DNA of 64,000 nucleotides, taken from assembly GCA_951406725.2 (NCBI GenBank), contig OX597822.1:52886001-52950000 (forward strand), read 5' to 3'. Source of the stretch: Octopus vulgaris. Taxonomy: Eukaryota. Every line of letters begins with the position of its first letter. Positions within the stretch are counted from its first letter, which is position 1. A program made the translations under genes and the position numbers. The notes below the pieces were generated by a model. It did not search any database, was not told the origin of the DNA, and was given only the letters and a program-made list of their open reading frames with translations. Below are positions 1 through 12,570 of the stretch, in pieces.

Positions 1-700
1 AAACATGTAATGAAAAGAAATATAACAAGTAACTGCAGAATATGTGGAGATGGACAAGAAACAATAAATCATATTATCTCTGGCTGCCCAGTCCTGGCTA
101 AGAAGGAATATATTCACAGACATGACAGAGTTGGAACCTACATACACTGGAAGCTATGTCAACATTATGGAATAACAACAGAAAAAAGATGGTATAGGCA
201 CACACCAGAAAAGGTCACAGAAAACGAGAAAGCAACCATACTCTGGGATATGCCGATACACACAGATAGAGAAATTAAAGCCAACAGACCGGATATAGTT
301 GTCAGAGATCATGAAGAAAAAAATGCTTTCTAATTGATGTATCAATACCGGCAGATGACAACGTTTCTCTAAAAGAAATGGAGAAACTCTCAAAATACAA
401 AGACCTAGAAATAGAGGTAACCAGAATGTGGAATCTAAAAACAGAAACAATTCCTATCATAGTAGGTGCATTGGGCATGATAAAAAAATATTCAGACAAA
501 TACATAACAAAAACACCAGGACTTACAAACACATATAACATACAGAAAATTGCACTACTAGGCACTTCACTCATCCTACGCAGAACACTTTCCATACAAT
601 AACCATCAGAGCATCACAACAAATCACAGCACATACCTAAGGCACAAAGAGCTGCGCATGGTAGTGAAGTGAAAGCACGCTATAAAAATAAAACTACTGA
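1..700 (+). mobile_element. R4/Dong-clade non-LTR retrotransposon, 3' end (zinc knuckle + restriction-like endonuclease, frameshifted) with 3' UTR
   Basis: ORFs 10..333 and 378..602 join across an A-run frameshift: CRICG..ETINHIISGC..RHD..WD..RPDIVV..LIDVSIP..KYKDL..PIIVGALG..IQKIALLGT..LRRTL. The element runs directly into (AAT)n at 701. Confidence 0.9.
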
Positions 701-701
701 A

Positions 702-792
<91 letters not shown>
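701..792. repeat. (AAT)n microsatellite
   Basis: Pure trinucleotide tract. Confidence 0.99.
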
Positions 793-795
<3 letters not shown>

Positions 796-1075
796 GTGCC
801 CTAGGTATGATAAGAAATGGATGTCAGAAACATCTAGTAATATCCCAGGAGAACCATGTCTCAGAGAAATCCAAAAGATTATTATACTCACAAGTACTTC
901 CTACTTCCTTAGAAAAACCCTATCAATTTAAATGTCTGTGTTGTGTTACATGCAGATATTTCTCTACTGCCACTGCCACTTCTCCTCCTCAAGCTTTTAG
1001 TCATACTGTAACATCGCCCTAAGACGCTGGGTGTGTCTCGGCGAGTGACTGTAAAAAACATGCAGACTAAAAAGT
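793..1075 (+). mobile_element. Second, diverged R4/Dong-like 3' terminal fragment
   Basis: Manual translation ALGMIRNGCQKHL/NIPGEPCLREIQKIIILTSTSYFLRKTLSI* (stop at 931) is homologous to the C-terminus at 460-602. Different 3' UTR; followed by (AAT/CAA)n at 1076-1217. Confidence 0.8.
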
Positions 1076-1133
1076 AAATAATAATAATAATGATGATAAT
1101 AATAATAATAATGATAATAATAATAATAATAAT

Positions 1134-1169
<36 letters not shown>

Positions 1170-1217
1170 AACAACAACAGCCAAACAACAACAATAATGA
1201 TAATAATAATAATGATA

Positions 1218-1403
1218 ACTATCCATAAAGATCTGAACAGATGGATAGAGGAAATAGGCAAAAAGCCCAGTTTAGTAGAGCTGCAGAAAACAGAGTTATA
1301 AGGGACAGCTAGGATACTTGGGAGAGTTCTTGGCATCCCAAACTACTTGTTATAACCCTATTTTAGGATTCTTTTCTTTTCCAACAGTCTAATCTGTTGA
1401 GTG
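1218..1403 (+). mobile_element. Third R4/Dong-like 3' terminal fragment
   Basis: TIHKDLNRWIEEIGKKPSLVELQKTEL*GTARILGRVLGI matches the R4/Dong C-terminal LQK..LLGTARILR.VL motif. Flanked by (AAT/CAA)n. Confidence 0.75.
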
Positions 1404-1415
1404 AATAATAATAAT

Positions 1416-1451
<36 letters not shown>

Positions 1452-1496
1452 AATAATAACAATAATAATAATAATAACAATAATAATAATAATAAA

Positions 1497-2034
1497 TTCC
1501 CTGGTGCAGTACCAGGTAGTGGCTCTCATGTCTTCTGATCTTTACTGATTGAAAGTGTTATCATGTACATTGTTTTGTCTTGGTATAAAAGATGGGCTAG
1601 AGCAAATATTCTACTCAATACCGCAGACTTGCTTGTCAGTTGTTTGACCATAACCAGTTGAGCATGTCTATTAATGGCTGACGATGTGTGCATCTCTGCT
1701 CATGAGCAGAAGTAATGGGAGCATCGTAGCCATGTGTTGAAATTCTTTGGAATTTGAACAATCCACCTCTGCAAACATGGGTGTTTCATTCAATATCCTT
1801 AAACAATCCTTATTCAAGAACCTTTTGAGCTGGATGAGCTTTTCGACCTGAAAAAAATTCTAACTTGGCCTCACCTGCAAGGTCACGAGCTGCTTATCTT
1901 GATATGAGATCACGATGTCGCGCACATATGGTTGTGATGCATGTGCCTAGTGTACCCTCATCAGACGAGTAGTCTGATGGGCTTCATATATTTGTACTCT
2001 AGTGTCACTTTGATAGCATGCATTGCTCTCTCAC
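1497..2034. mobile_element. ~555-bp non-coding microsatellite-embedded element, copy 1 (diverged)
   Basis: Colinear with 11043-11597 and 37284-37839, with the same termini. (AAT)n on the left, (TAC)n on the right. Confidence 0.85.
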
Positions 2035-2046
2035 ATACTACTACTG

Positions 2047-2118
<72 letters not shown>

Positions 2119-2119
2119 T

Positions 2120-2422
2120 AGAATACCAGATCCGCCCTACACGCGATAACAGCTGTTCGACAAAGCTCAATGAGACGAGCTACGGAAAATCCTGCTTGAC
2201 AAACGGCGACCACACTTTTTCACCGTGAAGAAAATGTTGGAGATGTAACCTCAACGTGTGTCTGCGCATCATTAACCACGGCACACCCAGTCCTCCACTC
2301 AGCGACTGTTGACAGCAGATGGACCGTCAGACGAGCGGATCACGTTTCTTCCACAGAAAATGGAAAAGCAACCTCTCCAGCTTGGTCAGCCATAAAACAG
2401 GGCAAGTGACGACGGTCAGGCA

Positions 2423-2423
<1 letters not shown>
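2120..2423 (-). mobile_element. L1/Tx1-clade ORF2 fragment
   Basis: Minus-strand translation LTVVTCP..LTKLERLLFHFLWKK..LV*RSICCQQSLSGGLGVP..LQHFLHGEKVWSPFV; the F.FLW and GGLG.P motifs are typical of L1/Tx1 downstream of RT. Confidence 0.7.
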
Positions 2424-2498
<75 letters not shown>

Positions 2499-2499
<1 letters not shown>

Positions 2500-2702
2500 C
2501 CTTCCTATTATAGACACAAACCCTGATTTTTTGGAAGGGGTAAGGTGATTATACCTCCCCCACTGCGAAACTGGTACTTATTTCATCTACTGCCAAAAGA
2601 TGAAAGGCAAAGTCAACTTCAGCGGAATTTGAACTCAAAACGTAAAGACAGACGAAATGCCGCTAAGCATTTTGCCCGACATGCAAACCATTCTGCCAGA
2701 TC
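2499..2702 (-). mobile_element. tRNA-headed SINE family A (diverged)
   Basis: Reverse complement of the SINE at 32801-33023; its tail runs into the (AAT)n tract at 2424-2498. Confidence 0.8.
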
Positions 2703-3743
2703 AATAAGGCCTGAAATCTTGGGGAAAGCTGCTAGTCGATTACATCGACCGTAGTACATGACTGGTAGTTTATTTTATATATGTCTATGATGGGCTTCCA
2801 TACGGTTTCCATCTACCAAATGGAATGTTTTGAAATATATCAGATATTGCCAGTTTTCTATACTTTTTAAGAAATGCTGAAGTTCCAAACTCAATTATAT
2901 CAAAATTGCACAAGCCAAATAAAAGTTCCGGAGTTAAAATGGTAAAACCATTTAGTAAAATAAAGTTACCATATTCAATCTAAGAAATATTACACGAATT
3001 TGACCGGATGAAAATAATCCGCTAATTAAATATTCTTTTATTAGAATAAAACTAGAAGTGAATAAAGAGGGAGAGAGCGGAAATTCTTGAGAGATATTTC
3101 TAAAGCTATACACTTTTGCAGGTGTGGTATAAATTTAAGGATCAATAATTATTGATTTTGTTTCCTCTACTACATTTCAAGCTCAGCCATGTTTTGTTCC
3201 AGTCGGTTTACCCCATTGACATTTAGTAAACAGCTCAAGTTGTTTGGATATTGGATGGCAAAATTAGACTTTCTGTACTTTAATCATATCTTCCGTCTTT
3301 ATGTATGACACTAATATTCTAAATATATATCAGTGTAGCCACTGTTACAGTCCACTGCTCCATTGTTTCATATACAAGAAAAAGCAGCTGCTAAATCTCC
3401 CTCAAATAACACCTTACAGTCTTTATAAATGCGAGATAACTGAAGAATATATATTATTTCTTAAAATGATGACAGCGTTATCATACATGAAATATGTCAG
3501 TTGAACGATTCTTGCAACAGTATGGGGACAGTTTATAGGTCACGAATCTGCATAATCAAAAAGGAGGTCTAAAAGGTAAGAACTTCTGTAGGAAAATACA
3601 AGAAACACCGAGTAGGAAAATTAGTCAAGACAGCCGACACATTTATCTATGAATCTGTTGGTATCATTAATCTTAACTAATTTATACATATTAGCAGACG
3701 TTATTGCCAAATCTTGGCCTCATAGTCTTAGAGGGTACACATG

Positions 3744-3809
<66 letters not shown>

Positions 3810-3811
<2 letters not shown>

Positions 3812-4027
3812 ATGATTTGTTTATAGTGATTGAATGTATGTACATTCGCTCACTCCCTCCATCAAACAGAGTTGCCTGAACAGGTGTACGGTGTATCACA
3901 CGTCAAGTGTCGAAGCGATTGCAGAGCAACGTGAGATGAAGTGTTTTGCTCAAGAACACAACGCATCACCCGGTTTTGGAATTGAAACCACGATCTCTCG
4001 ATCCCGAACCACTAAGCCACGCGCCCT
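3810..4027 (-). mobile_element. tRNA-headed CORE-like SINE (family D)
   Basis: Minus strand has box A/B-like head followed by GTGTTCTTGAGCAAAACACTT; homologous to 9306-9544. Confidence 0.7.
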
Positions 4028-4186
4028 CTTATCATACACATATACATGTATACACACACACGCACACGCACACACACATATTTGTTTGAAAGTCTTTGTG
4101 AAAATTAATACAGTTTTTAAGTATAAAGTGGATATATATACATACACACACGCACGCACACACACACACACACACATGTATGTATA

Positions 4187-5415
4187 CAGGCTGCGAGGGG
4201 TATTTGAGGACATTTCGTTTTTAGCTCATTACACCTTCAAATTATTTAATGTAGCATTGTTTTTTTTCCAGATTACCCTAACTCAAGAAATGAAAAGACA
4301 TGCAGTCATAGTTACTATACTTGCAAACTACAGTGATTTAGAAATTAGCAACTTTCTAAATGTTGCAAGATCATTTGTACACAAAGTTCGGTTGGAATTG
4401 GAGGCATGTGATGGTATTGTTTCACCTGTATCAAAGAGAAAAAGACATTCACAACGCCCAGACACTAAAAGGACACCGGGATTTATATATGTTCAAAACA
4501 TTATTGATGAAAACCCCAGAAGATCAATGAGGTCCATTGGTAAGGAACTTCGGGTGTCAGATTGGACTAAAGCTGTGGTACATCGTGACATTCAATACAA
4601 GTCCTATGTGATGAGGAAGGGCAAATTCTTGTCTGCAAAGACACAGGAAACCCATCTCATCCGTTCAAAACGGTTACTTAACAAAGTGAAAAACCCTCAT
4701 GAACAAAGCATGCTTTGGTGTTTCTCTGACGAAAAAAAACTTTGACCAGGTTCAAAAGTCTAACAGAAGGAATGACAGGTGTTTATGTGCAGACCTTTCT
4801 GAAGTACCCATGAGTGATGCACACGACATTTCCAGCAACTGCGATGGTTTTAGGAGTGGTGAGTAGCGGTCATATGATGCCTCCCCACTTTTTCTAGAGG
4901 GTCTTAGAATTAATGCTGCTGGATACATTGAGGTACTGGAAACTGCTATCAAGCCCTGGATTGATGAAGTATGCAATGGAAGGCCATAATTGTTTCAACA
5001 AGATTCAGTATCTCACAAAGCCCTAATCACCCAAAAATTGTCGTCAGACAATCTTTACGATTATATAACACCCAATATGTGGCCACCAAACTCGCCAGAT
5101 TTGAACCCCATAGATTACTAAATGTGGAGCGCTGATGAGATGGAGACTAATCGTCATCCTCATAATACTATAGCTTCACTGAAGGCCGCCATTGTCCGAA
5201 ATGAATAAGGACCGTATAGTCTCAGCATGCTAGCGGTTTCGATCCCGTATTAAAGCAGTCATCGAAGCCGAATGCGGTTTCATAGAGTAATTTGCTTAAA
5301 AAATAATTATCAGGACTAATTGCACAAATGTTTAGTCAAATACATATTAATTTATGCTGAAGTATAGTTGTTTCATTGTATACCAAAACTGCCCTCAAAT
5401 ACCCTTCGCACCCTG
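4187..5415 (+). mobile_element. Tc1/mariner superfamily, DD37D (maT)-type transposon, full length, degenerate transposase (~4290-5290)
   Basis: TA-flanked imperfect TIRs: CAGGCTGCGAGGGGTATTTGAGG vs rc CAGGGTGCGAAGGGTATTTGAGG. Motifs FSDEK, FQQDS, WPPNSPDLNPIDY; D-D spacing is 36 in this copy. Frameshifts and stops present. Confidence 0.9.
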
Positions 5416-5439
5416 TATATATATATTTTTGTATCAGGA

Positions 5440-7150
5440 GAGAGTCAGTCTCTTTTAGTGCCTTATTATTTAACACACTCACCGGTTCGATTTCCATTAA
5501 CTACCTAGATAACCCCGATCGTAGTAGATTCTACCTCACCAGGTCACGGAGAGGAAGATCACCCGCCATTACCTCGACAGGGATGAAAAGCACCGCAGAG
5601 CGCTGGAGTGGATGGACCACACCCACCCAGGACCCCGAGAACAACTGTCAGGGGAAAAGAATGACTGTACATGCAATAGGGGCTAGCATAAAAACCACCT
5701 TGAAGAACCACCTAGAAAAGTTTAACAGGAAACTATACATACAGGCTCAAGGTGCAGCCATTGATGTCGGTGTGGCTGGAGACGTGGCCGGCTTCTTCAT
5801 GTCTGGTGAGACAGAAAACTTAAGCAATCCTTAGCGGAACAATCCACAACTGTTTTGCTTTACTGTAGGTATGTAGATAACATTATTATTCTAGTTAGGA
5901 CAAACTCTAGTAACTGTAATGTAGAAACCGAGAGGAGCATAAATGGAGATCATCCAGTACGTAGTATCAAGGTATCAAGGTAACAATCGATTACCCCACA
6001 ACACACCCTAACATTAGACTCGCTGTCCTTGATACTGAACTTTGGTTAGAGACTGTGAACACAGAGTGAAGTTCCTCCACTCCTATTACATGAGACCCAT
6101 AGCTTCTAAATATGTTGTTCACAAGGACTCAGCTTTGTTACATAAAAGGAAAATCAACTTATTGATAGCAGACTCAGGAACATAGTGGGAACAACGTGTT
6201 CCCACTATGCAAACCCTATGAAACAAAGAAACATGTACGGAACTTCATGCACTGCATGCAATTCTCTGGATATGATCAGAAAGATAGGGTTCGCATATAC
6301 AGGGAAGCTAGAAAGAAGTTAGATAGCATTATATGTAATGAAACCAATGGTACCTGCCCTAGATATAGAAGTAAATACTGGAATAGGATACAAAGAGTTT
6401 GGGACAAAGCAAACATGATGAACACGTTGTACAAGACCGACAAATATCAAGGAGCGGTGTTTGTAGCGGCCACAACCCATGGAGAATTAGCCCGAAGATT
6501 TAGGAAAGATCTGAAGGAGGCCTAACTCAACATTAAGATCGTTGAAAAGTCAGGGAGCTCCATCAGATAACAACTACGTAGGACGTACCCCTTTGAGAAT
6601 ACTACATGAACCCATGACAACTGCATGGTATGTAAGATTAATCCTGGCATTAACTGTAAAATTAGAAATGTAGTTTACAGCATAAGGTGCATAGAGGGGA
6701 CTTGTAAAGACAACAACATGATATAAATAGGTGAGACAACTAGAAGCATTGAAAGACTAAATGAACATTTGAGACAATATGACGACAAGAAAACAGTCCT
6801 CCATACTCTACCAACAGGCCAAAGACCAATACCGAGGCATACTGGGCCAACTTCACATCCGCATTTTATCCAAGCACCCGAAGGACCAAACACTCTGACA
6901 GACAGAGGAGTACGTCCTCATAAATGAAACATCCCTTGTACTTAATAGGAAATATACGTAGAAGGTAGACATATCTCAATACTCACAATATATATATACA
7001 CAGGTAGAGTTGTTAGAAGGCTGTTATGTAGACACTCACACACACACACACACACATACAAAGACGCACACATACATACAAACATACATACACATACAAA
7101 CACCAAGCATGAATATACAGAATACATACAAACAAATGTACACACAAGCA

Positions 7151-7200
<50 letters not shown>

Positions 7201-7465
7201 CACACACATACATACATAAATACATACATACATACATACATACAGACAGACAGACAGACAGACAGACAGTCAGACAGGTGTATACACATGCACACTAACA
7301 CACACGTGTGCAAACTAATAAACAAAAAGAAAGTAGCTCAACGACAATTGAAAATGTTGCAAGATGCAACGTAAGTTTTGAGAAAAATAAGTAACTAAAT
7401 GAGTGGAAATCGAACCGGTGAGCGTGTTAAATAATAAGGCACTAAAAGTGAATGACTTTCCCCAG
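5440..7465 (+). mobile_element. Penelope-like element (degenerate RT + GIY-YIG) bounded by inverted terminal segments
   Basis: Fragments VAGDVAGFFM, RYVDN, LAVLDTELW, HSYYMRP, SGY, KIVEKSG, CKIRNVVYSIRC..IGETTRSIERLNEH (5700-6800). Segment 5440-5496 is the reverse complement of ~7403-7462. Confidence 0.8.
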
Positions 7466-7542
7466 ACAAAATAAAATATGCTTCAATACACGATTTCACA
7501 TAAAGAATCTTGCAAACCACATTCAAAAATGAAATATATATA

Positions 7543-9153
7543 CAGTAGCGGCCACAATGTTCAGAACGGCATTGTTTTCGTCAGAAAAGTAGGTATAAGT
7601 TTTTATCAAAGTTGTTTTATATTCTATAATTTTCACAGACAATAAATATAATATTAATTATTATTGTCTGAGATTTTGGTGTAATTTAAGAGGATAACAC
7701 AAAAGTTATGGATGATTTAGTGATTTACTGCAAAACCTATGGCGGCCAAAATGATCAGAACGGTTGAAAAAATAACAAAATAATCAAAAATGACAGAGAA
7801 TACTGGAATTATTTACTATTTAGTGTGAAGCCATTTAGCTTCAATCACACTCTGACATCTTCGACTGCATGAGGAAATTAAATTTTCAATTTCTTGCTGG
7901 GTGATCTTATTCCATTCTTCCTGAAGGGCATTCCATAATTGCTCAGTTGTTTTAGGATTTCTGGCTTTCGAACGTTCTCTTAGACTATTCCATACATTTT
8001 CAATAGGATTGAGATCTGGGCTTTGAGCAGGCCAATCCATAACAATAACCTTTTCAGCCTTGAGGAAGTTCATGACCACTTTAGCCTTGTTACATGGGGC
8101 ATTGTCCTGCATGAATATAGGTGGTCGCTTAGTTGAATTTCTCAGCACAGGCAAGACATGATCTTTTACAAGTTGTTTATAAACTCCTGCATTTACCTTT
8201 CCATGTAATCGCACCAAAGGGCCCACACCATCTCCAGATATCATCCCCCAAACCATGACACTTCCTCCACCGAATTTAACACTAGTCTTAAGGCATTTAG
8301 GCGACAATTTTTCACCTACTTTTCTACGAACGTACCTTTTGCCATCTGAGCCAAATAACATAAACTTAGATTCATCACTGAAATGCACCGTTTGCCAAAC
8401 AGATGTTTGGTTGCAAAGGTAAGACGACACTTTTTATTCTTGGAGCTGATCAGTTGCTTCACTGCAGGTGCTCTTGCTTGTAGGTCATGTTCAACTAAAC
8501 GACGAGACAGTTTTTCGAGATAGTTTTCTTCAATACAATACTCATTTTCTGAGAAACAGCAGCAGCAGTTTTAAATCTGTCCTTTTTAACCAACTTTACC
8601 ATAGCACGATCTTCTCTCTTGGTCGTTTTTCTTGGCCTACCTGTAAACTTTCTTGCTTCACACGAACCACAATCATCGTAGACCTTAAGAATACCGTGTA
8701 CAACACTTTTTGACTTGTTAACAATCGTTGCAATAGATCCAATACTTAAATTATCCTTCCTTCGAAGCTTAATAATCTGCTGACGAATTAGTAACGGAGT
8801 AAGTGGCATTATATTGACAAAGTACACTGCAAATATTCTTACTAATGTTTAGTAAACGAATCGTCACGTAAAGAAATTCAAAACATTAGAGCTCGCTGGT
8901 TAAATATACTAAAACACGGAGTAAAAAAGCAACCGTTCTGATCATTTTGGCCGCCATGGGTTTTGCAGTAAATCACTAAATCATCCATAACTTTTGTATT
9001 ATCCTCTCAAATTACACCAAAATCTCAGGCAATAACGAATAATATTGCATTTATTGTCTGTGAAAATTATAGAATATAAAACAACTTTGATAAAAAATTA
9101 TATCTACTTTTCTGACGAAAACAATGCCGTTCTGAACATTTTGGCTGCCACTG
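7543..9153 (-). mobile_element. Tc1 (DD34E) transposon with ~224-bp IR/DR-type TIRs, full length
   Basis: TA-CAGT...ACTG-TA termini. TIRs 7543-7766 and 8930-9153 each carry two GCGGCCA.AATG.TCAGAACGG direct repeats. Confidence 0.95.
7816..8809 (-). pseudogene. Tc1 transposase (HTH + DD34E), disrupted near 8400-8500
   Basis: GRPRKTT, FSDESKF, GGSVMVWG, QDNAPC, WPAQSPDLNPIENVW; 34 residues between D and E. Split between ORFs 8495..8827 and 7816..8430. Confidence 0.92.
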
Positions 9154-9242
9154 TATATATACACACACATACAATCAGACACACACATACACGCGCGCGC
9201 GCACATACACGCGCGCGCGCACATACACACACATATATATGA

Positions 9243-9860
9243 TGGACACTCCCGTCGTTAGCCGACGTATGACGGTTCGACAATTTCTTACCGAAAAACC
9301 ACAGGAATGATTTGTTTATAGTGTTCAAATGTTTGTGTACATATAAGCTCACTTCCTCCATCAAATCGACATTACCTGTACAGGTGCAACTGGGTATCAC
9401 ATGTCATATGTCGAAATGATCGCAGAGCAACGTGAAATGAAGTGCTTTGCTCAAGAACACAATGCAACGCCCAGTCTGGGAATCGAACCCAGGATCTCGG
9501 AATTGTGACTGCAACACCCTAACCACTAAGCCATGCGCCTTCACATGTGTGTGTGTGTGCGATGTGCGATGCTTAGTGTTTAGTATATTCGGCTCACGAT
9601 CGAAAGGTCGTGAGTTCGATTCCCACTAGTGCGTTGTGTCCATGAGCAAGACACTTTATTTCACGTTGCTCTAGTCCACCCAGCTCGCAAAATGTGTAGC
9701 ACCTGTATTTCACTGTATTTGTCACATGCTGAATCTCCCAATGTTAAGGGCACACGTGTCTGTGAAGCGCTGAACCAATTGCACGTTAATTTTATGAGCA
9801 AGTTGCTCCGTTGATCGCATCAATTGGAACACTCGTCGTCGTAACCGACAGAGTGCCGGG
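9243..9860. mobile_element. Two CORE-like SINEs head-to-head (9243-9544 minus; ~9566-9860 plus)
   Basis: Box B GAGTTCGATTCC at ~9612 followed by GTGTCCATGAGCAAGACACTT; a related head lies on the minus strand. Confidence 0.7.
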
Positions 9861-9970
9861 ATAAGTGGATAGATAGATACATAGATATATGTTTATTTTA
9901 TCTTGAAATGGTTTATATTTTTTATCAGTTGACGTTTTTATGTTTCAGGTTCTATATGTGACTGTTTAAT

Positions 9971-10305
9971 CATGCCATGTACAAAAGAAGCTTCGGAACT
10001 GTCCGAATTTCAAAGAGACCGTATTGTGGGTCAATCTGAACTTGGACTAATCGTTAAATCGTAGAAAACCTTAGGATACCGCTTGTTATAGTTAACTGGG
10101 GTGTGCAATTCAGAGAGGGGAAGGAGTCAACATCATCTCGCCCAGGTCAACCAGAGCCCTCAGACAGGACCCTTTGCTTAGTTAAGAGAAGTGTGGCGGC
10201 TAATCCTCTTTGAAAGGCTTCGGACATGGCAGAACAAGTTTATGTCAATCCCAGAACAGCTGTCAGGTATCTCCACAAACAGCAAGAAGGAAGCCATTTC
10301 TTCGA
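9971..10305 (+). mobile_element. Tc1-like transposase N-terminal fragment
   Basis: MPCTKEASELSEFQRDRIVG matches the ELSEFERGRIVG-type HTH start; heavily degenerate. Confidence 0.55.
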
Positions 10306-10385
10306 CCACTCAAAATAAGTGTAGAATAGTCTGGGCCAGTGAGATGCTGGATCCTATATATATATATATAATATGTATGTAGGAA

Positions 10386-10489
10386 TTTTCGCTCAATAAA
10401 CACACACACAACGCCCGGTCTGGGAATCGAAACCGCGATCCTCCGACCACGAGTCCGCTGCCCTAACCACTGGGCCATCGCGCCTCCAC
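10386..10489 (-). mobile_element. tRNA-derived SINE family B head
   Basis: rc GGAGGCGCGATGGCCCAGTGGTTAGGGCAGCGGACTCGTGGTC..GGTTTCGATTCCCAGACC with box A and box B; same head at 39.1, 46.8 and 61.1 kb. Confidence 0.85.
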
Positions 10490-11042
10490 AAGAACCAAAG
10501 TAGCAAATGTAAAATAAACAACTTTAACACAGAAAAGGTAAATCTATTGCAATATAATACAAACGAAACATCACCCCTCCAAAAAATTTATTGAACCAAA
10601 TTCTTCATATTCATACATTGACATTTAAATATACAAGAAGAACTATTAGTTACATCCTTCTACCATTGCCAAGGCACAGCTTTATAACTACTCCATATAA
10701 AATCTCTCAGAAGCGTAAATGCGCTACTGTATGATACGAAAGGCCAAAACAGCAGTAGGAACTTTATAACGTACGCAGATATAAATCTTTCATCCGTATA
10801 TGTGCACATATATGCTATAAACATATATATACTTGAACATTAGTTATGCAAGCATCAACACATTAACATTACATACATTCCAGTGGCAACTAGACAAGTT
10901 TAAACATTTTCACATATCGCTAACAAATACATACCATTATTTAAAAACATTACAACGCATATAAGACGTCTTGGTATAATAATAACAATAATAATAACAA
11001 TAATAATAATAATAACAACAACAACAACAACAATAATAATAA

Positions 11043-11597
11043 TGCCCTGATGCAATACCAGACAGTGGCTCTCGTGGCTTCTGATCTTAACTGATTGGAA
11101 GTGTTATCATGTACATTGTTTTGTCTTGGTATGAAAGATGGGCTACAGCAAATATTCTGCTCAATACCACAGATTTGCTTGTCAGTTGTTTGACCTTAAC
11201 CAGTTGAGCATGTCCCTCAGTGGCTGACGATATGTGCATTTCTGATTACGAGTAGAAGTAGTCGGGGAGCATCATTGCCATGTGTTGAGAGGGATTCTTT
11301 GGGGTTTTAATAATTCACCTCTGGAAACATGGGTGGTTCGTTCAATATCCTTAAACAATCTTTATTCAGGTACCTTTTGAGTGGGATGGGTTACTCGACC
11401 AGAAGAAAATTCTAACTGGGCCCCACCTGCAAGGTCATGTGCTGTTTATCTTGATATGAGATCACGATGTCGCGCACATATGGTTGTGATGCATGTGCCT
11501 TGTGTACCCTTATCAGACGGGTAGTCAAGATAGATATACTGGGTTTCGTATATTTTACCCCAGTGTCACTTTGATGGCATGCACTGGTCTCTCACTC
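11043..11597. mobile_element. ~555-bp non-coding microsatellite-embedded element, copy 2
   Basis: TGCCCTGATGCA...CTCTCACTC flanked on both sides by (AAT/CAA)n (10977-11042; 11598-11780). Confidence 0.9.
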
Positions 11598-11632
<35 letters not shown>

Positions 11633-11645
11633 CAACAACAACAAC

Positions 11646-11677
<32 letters not shown>

Positions 11678-11682
11678 TAATA

Positions 11683-11751
<69 letters not shown>

Positions 11752-11780
11752 TTGATGATGATGATGATGATGATGATGAT

Positions 11781-12310
11781 TTCTTTTATTTGCCACCAGG
11801 GGTGGTAATACTAAAAAGACAGACATAAATGTGGTAAGTATACATAAAATGAAATAATAACAATAAAATACAACATAAAAATAAAGATAAAATGTACATG
11901 AATAAAATAAAAATGTAAAAGGCATATGTGTTAAACAATGAAATAGAAGGAAGAAATATACAAAGTATACATCTCTAAAATAAGACATTGAACGAGTGTG
12001 CGCAGAACTATTTCGTCGATCTGTACACATCTCAGATAAGCTCATATGATAGCACATCCGCGCCTGTAAAGTATGTCCCGAACCAGTAGCACACATCAGT
12101 AGCACTGTTAGGCCAAAGTCTTCTGGAAATTATCTATGGTAACTTCCGACCGGAAAGTTCTTCGTAATAGACGTGCCATTTCGTTTTCGTCAACGCCCAG
12201 CCTTGGTCTTTCCTTCACTCAGGGCTGAAGTTTCATCAAGGAAAAACGTTTCTCACGAATAGAGCCCACATTCGTTCGTCTTTTAGGAATTGTTGCAAGC
12301 GACTCTGCAT
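11781..12310 (-). mobile_element. L1/Tx1-clade 3' fragment, degenerate
   Basis: QQFLKDERMWALFVRNVFP (homologous to the 2120-2423 peptide) and LRRTFRSEVTIDNFQKTLA*QCY; an AATAAAAGAA end runs into the microsatellite. Confidence 0.6.
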
Positions 12311-12570
12311 ATTTTGTGTGAGATATTCTTGACGTTTTGTACGTCGGTTCCTTTTGCTATTAGCGTCTTTTTGTTATAAGAACATTGAAACATGTACGCG
12401 ACAACAACGGTAGCACTACGTCGTGATTCGGTGTATGTATGAGTCTTTGGTGCTTTGTGTTAACAGTTTGTACTATTGTTTATTCTTGTACCTGGGCCTC
12501 GGTAGCATTTTCAACCCGACGAGGTTTTGTTCCGATGCAGTGGCATGTAAGCATGCACCCCAAAGTGTTT

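Noticed and set aside
669-2228. ORFs with poly-N/Y/I/T/V/S tracts (and similar HT, YI, CV, YLSI ORFs throughout)
   Set aside because: They are translations of microsatellites, not genes.
2820-3735. Unassigned sequence with weak peptide hints (ISQEFPLSPSLF RT-like; hydrophobic stretch)
   Set aside because: Many stops and no second supporting motif; cannot be assigned without a homology search.
3834-4745. 303-aa ORF as a host gene
   Set aside because: It is SINE plus CA repeat read in frame into a maT transposase N-terminus.
10386-10489. tRNA gene calls for tRNA-like heads (also 32801, 39136, 46848, 61108)
   Set aside because: No complete cloverleaf or acceptor stem; each continues into a SINE body.
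11043-11115. HDV-like or hammerhead ribozyme at the ends of the 555-bp element
   Set aside because: A P4-like hairpin exists, but there is no P1 partner, L3 consensus or catalytic C; CTGATRA/GAAA pieces do not close the helices.
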